From Convolutriloba macropyga (taxonomy: Eukaryota): a stretch of 64,000 nucleotides of DNA. The DNA lies in contig NC_134472.1 in the NCBI RefSeq assembly GCF_964194025.1, positions 72,478,001 through 72,542,000 on the forward strand. Direction: 5' to 3'. The translations under genes were made by a program, and so were the position numbers. Shown one piece after another: positions 63,426-64,000 of the stretch (the stretch's first letter is position 1; the number at the start of each line of letters is the position of its first letter). The notes beneath the pieces are model-generated. The model did not search any database, was not told the origin of the DNA, and worked only from the letters and a program-made list of their open reading frames with translations.

Positions 63426-64000
63426 TTAGGGTCTCTCATAATCATTCGCAACTCTAGAAATGTAGTTGAGGAGCATTTTCGATCTCCAATGCTTGTCATA
63501 AATATTACGGGCCTCCTCATCTTCCATAATTTTTTTTGCATGAAGAATAATTTTGCACAGGTCTTCCCGACCACCCTTGTCCGGATGACAGAGCATTGCC
63601 AACGCTTTGAAATGTTTCTGGATAGTACTGGCTGTGGCTCCCTGTGGAAGGAATAGAAGCTCATAAAAGTTCGGAGGTCGACTGAACGGGATCTGCGCGT
63701 TGATCCCCTCCATTCTCCTCTGGATGACCTTCTTTGAGGTCTGTTCCGTTCTTACCTAGTCCTTAGTTTTCTTATATCTATCTCAGAATTCTCCACCAAC
63801 CTCCGCCAACTCCTCAGTAACTTTCGCCAACTCCTTCTTCAATATTTCCACCTGCCTCCTGCAGGACTCCCGATGATTCGCAGCGTATTCAAGCATTCGT
63901 TTGGTCTCAAGCAATAAGCAATTGATCGCTTAACCTTTGACTTTCAAGTTTTAACTGCCGGAGCACCTGTTCGAGCCGATCCCCGGCAGTTCCCAGCATT
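63426..64000 (-). pseudogene. Third copy of the coiled-coil/J-domain module (runs off the window)
   Basis: ORF 63426-63713 with HPDKGG; offset 1019 bp from the second copy. Confidence 0.85.

Overview
AT-rich, repeat-dense scaffold from an intron-containing eukaryote, most likely an invertebrate animal, with four N-gaps. Host genes: a TPR protein resembling TTC25/ODAD4 (minus strand, runs off the left edge, first intron apparently GC-AG); an unassigned multi-exon acidic protein (15.9-19.2 kb); the first coding exon of a GT29 sialyltransferase; a four-exon type I membrane protein with an Ig-like domain; and an intronless DUS4-like tRNA-dihydrouridine synthase. Mobile DNA dominates. There are two full-length Ty1/Copia elements of one family (one very young, one decayed; 609-bp LTRs, 5-bp TSDs, half-tRNA-iMet PBS). 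There is a swarm of GG-terminated MITEs with 8-bp TSDs (Merlin-like), two families of HINE/DINE-1-type non-autonomous Helentron-like elements (one carrying an internal tRNA-like segment), a LINE RT fragment, minisatellites and two long hairpins. The most unusual feature is at 58.4-64 kb: an LTR element with no gag-pol. It carries a chuvirus/herpes-gB-like envelope glycoprotein remnant followed by a coiled-coil + DnaJ (HPDKGG) ORF right before the polypurine tract, and the J-domain module recurs twice in about 1-kb tandem units. All family assignments come from motif recognition by eye; no database searches were run.
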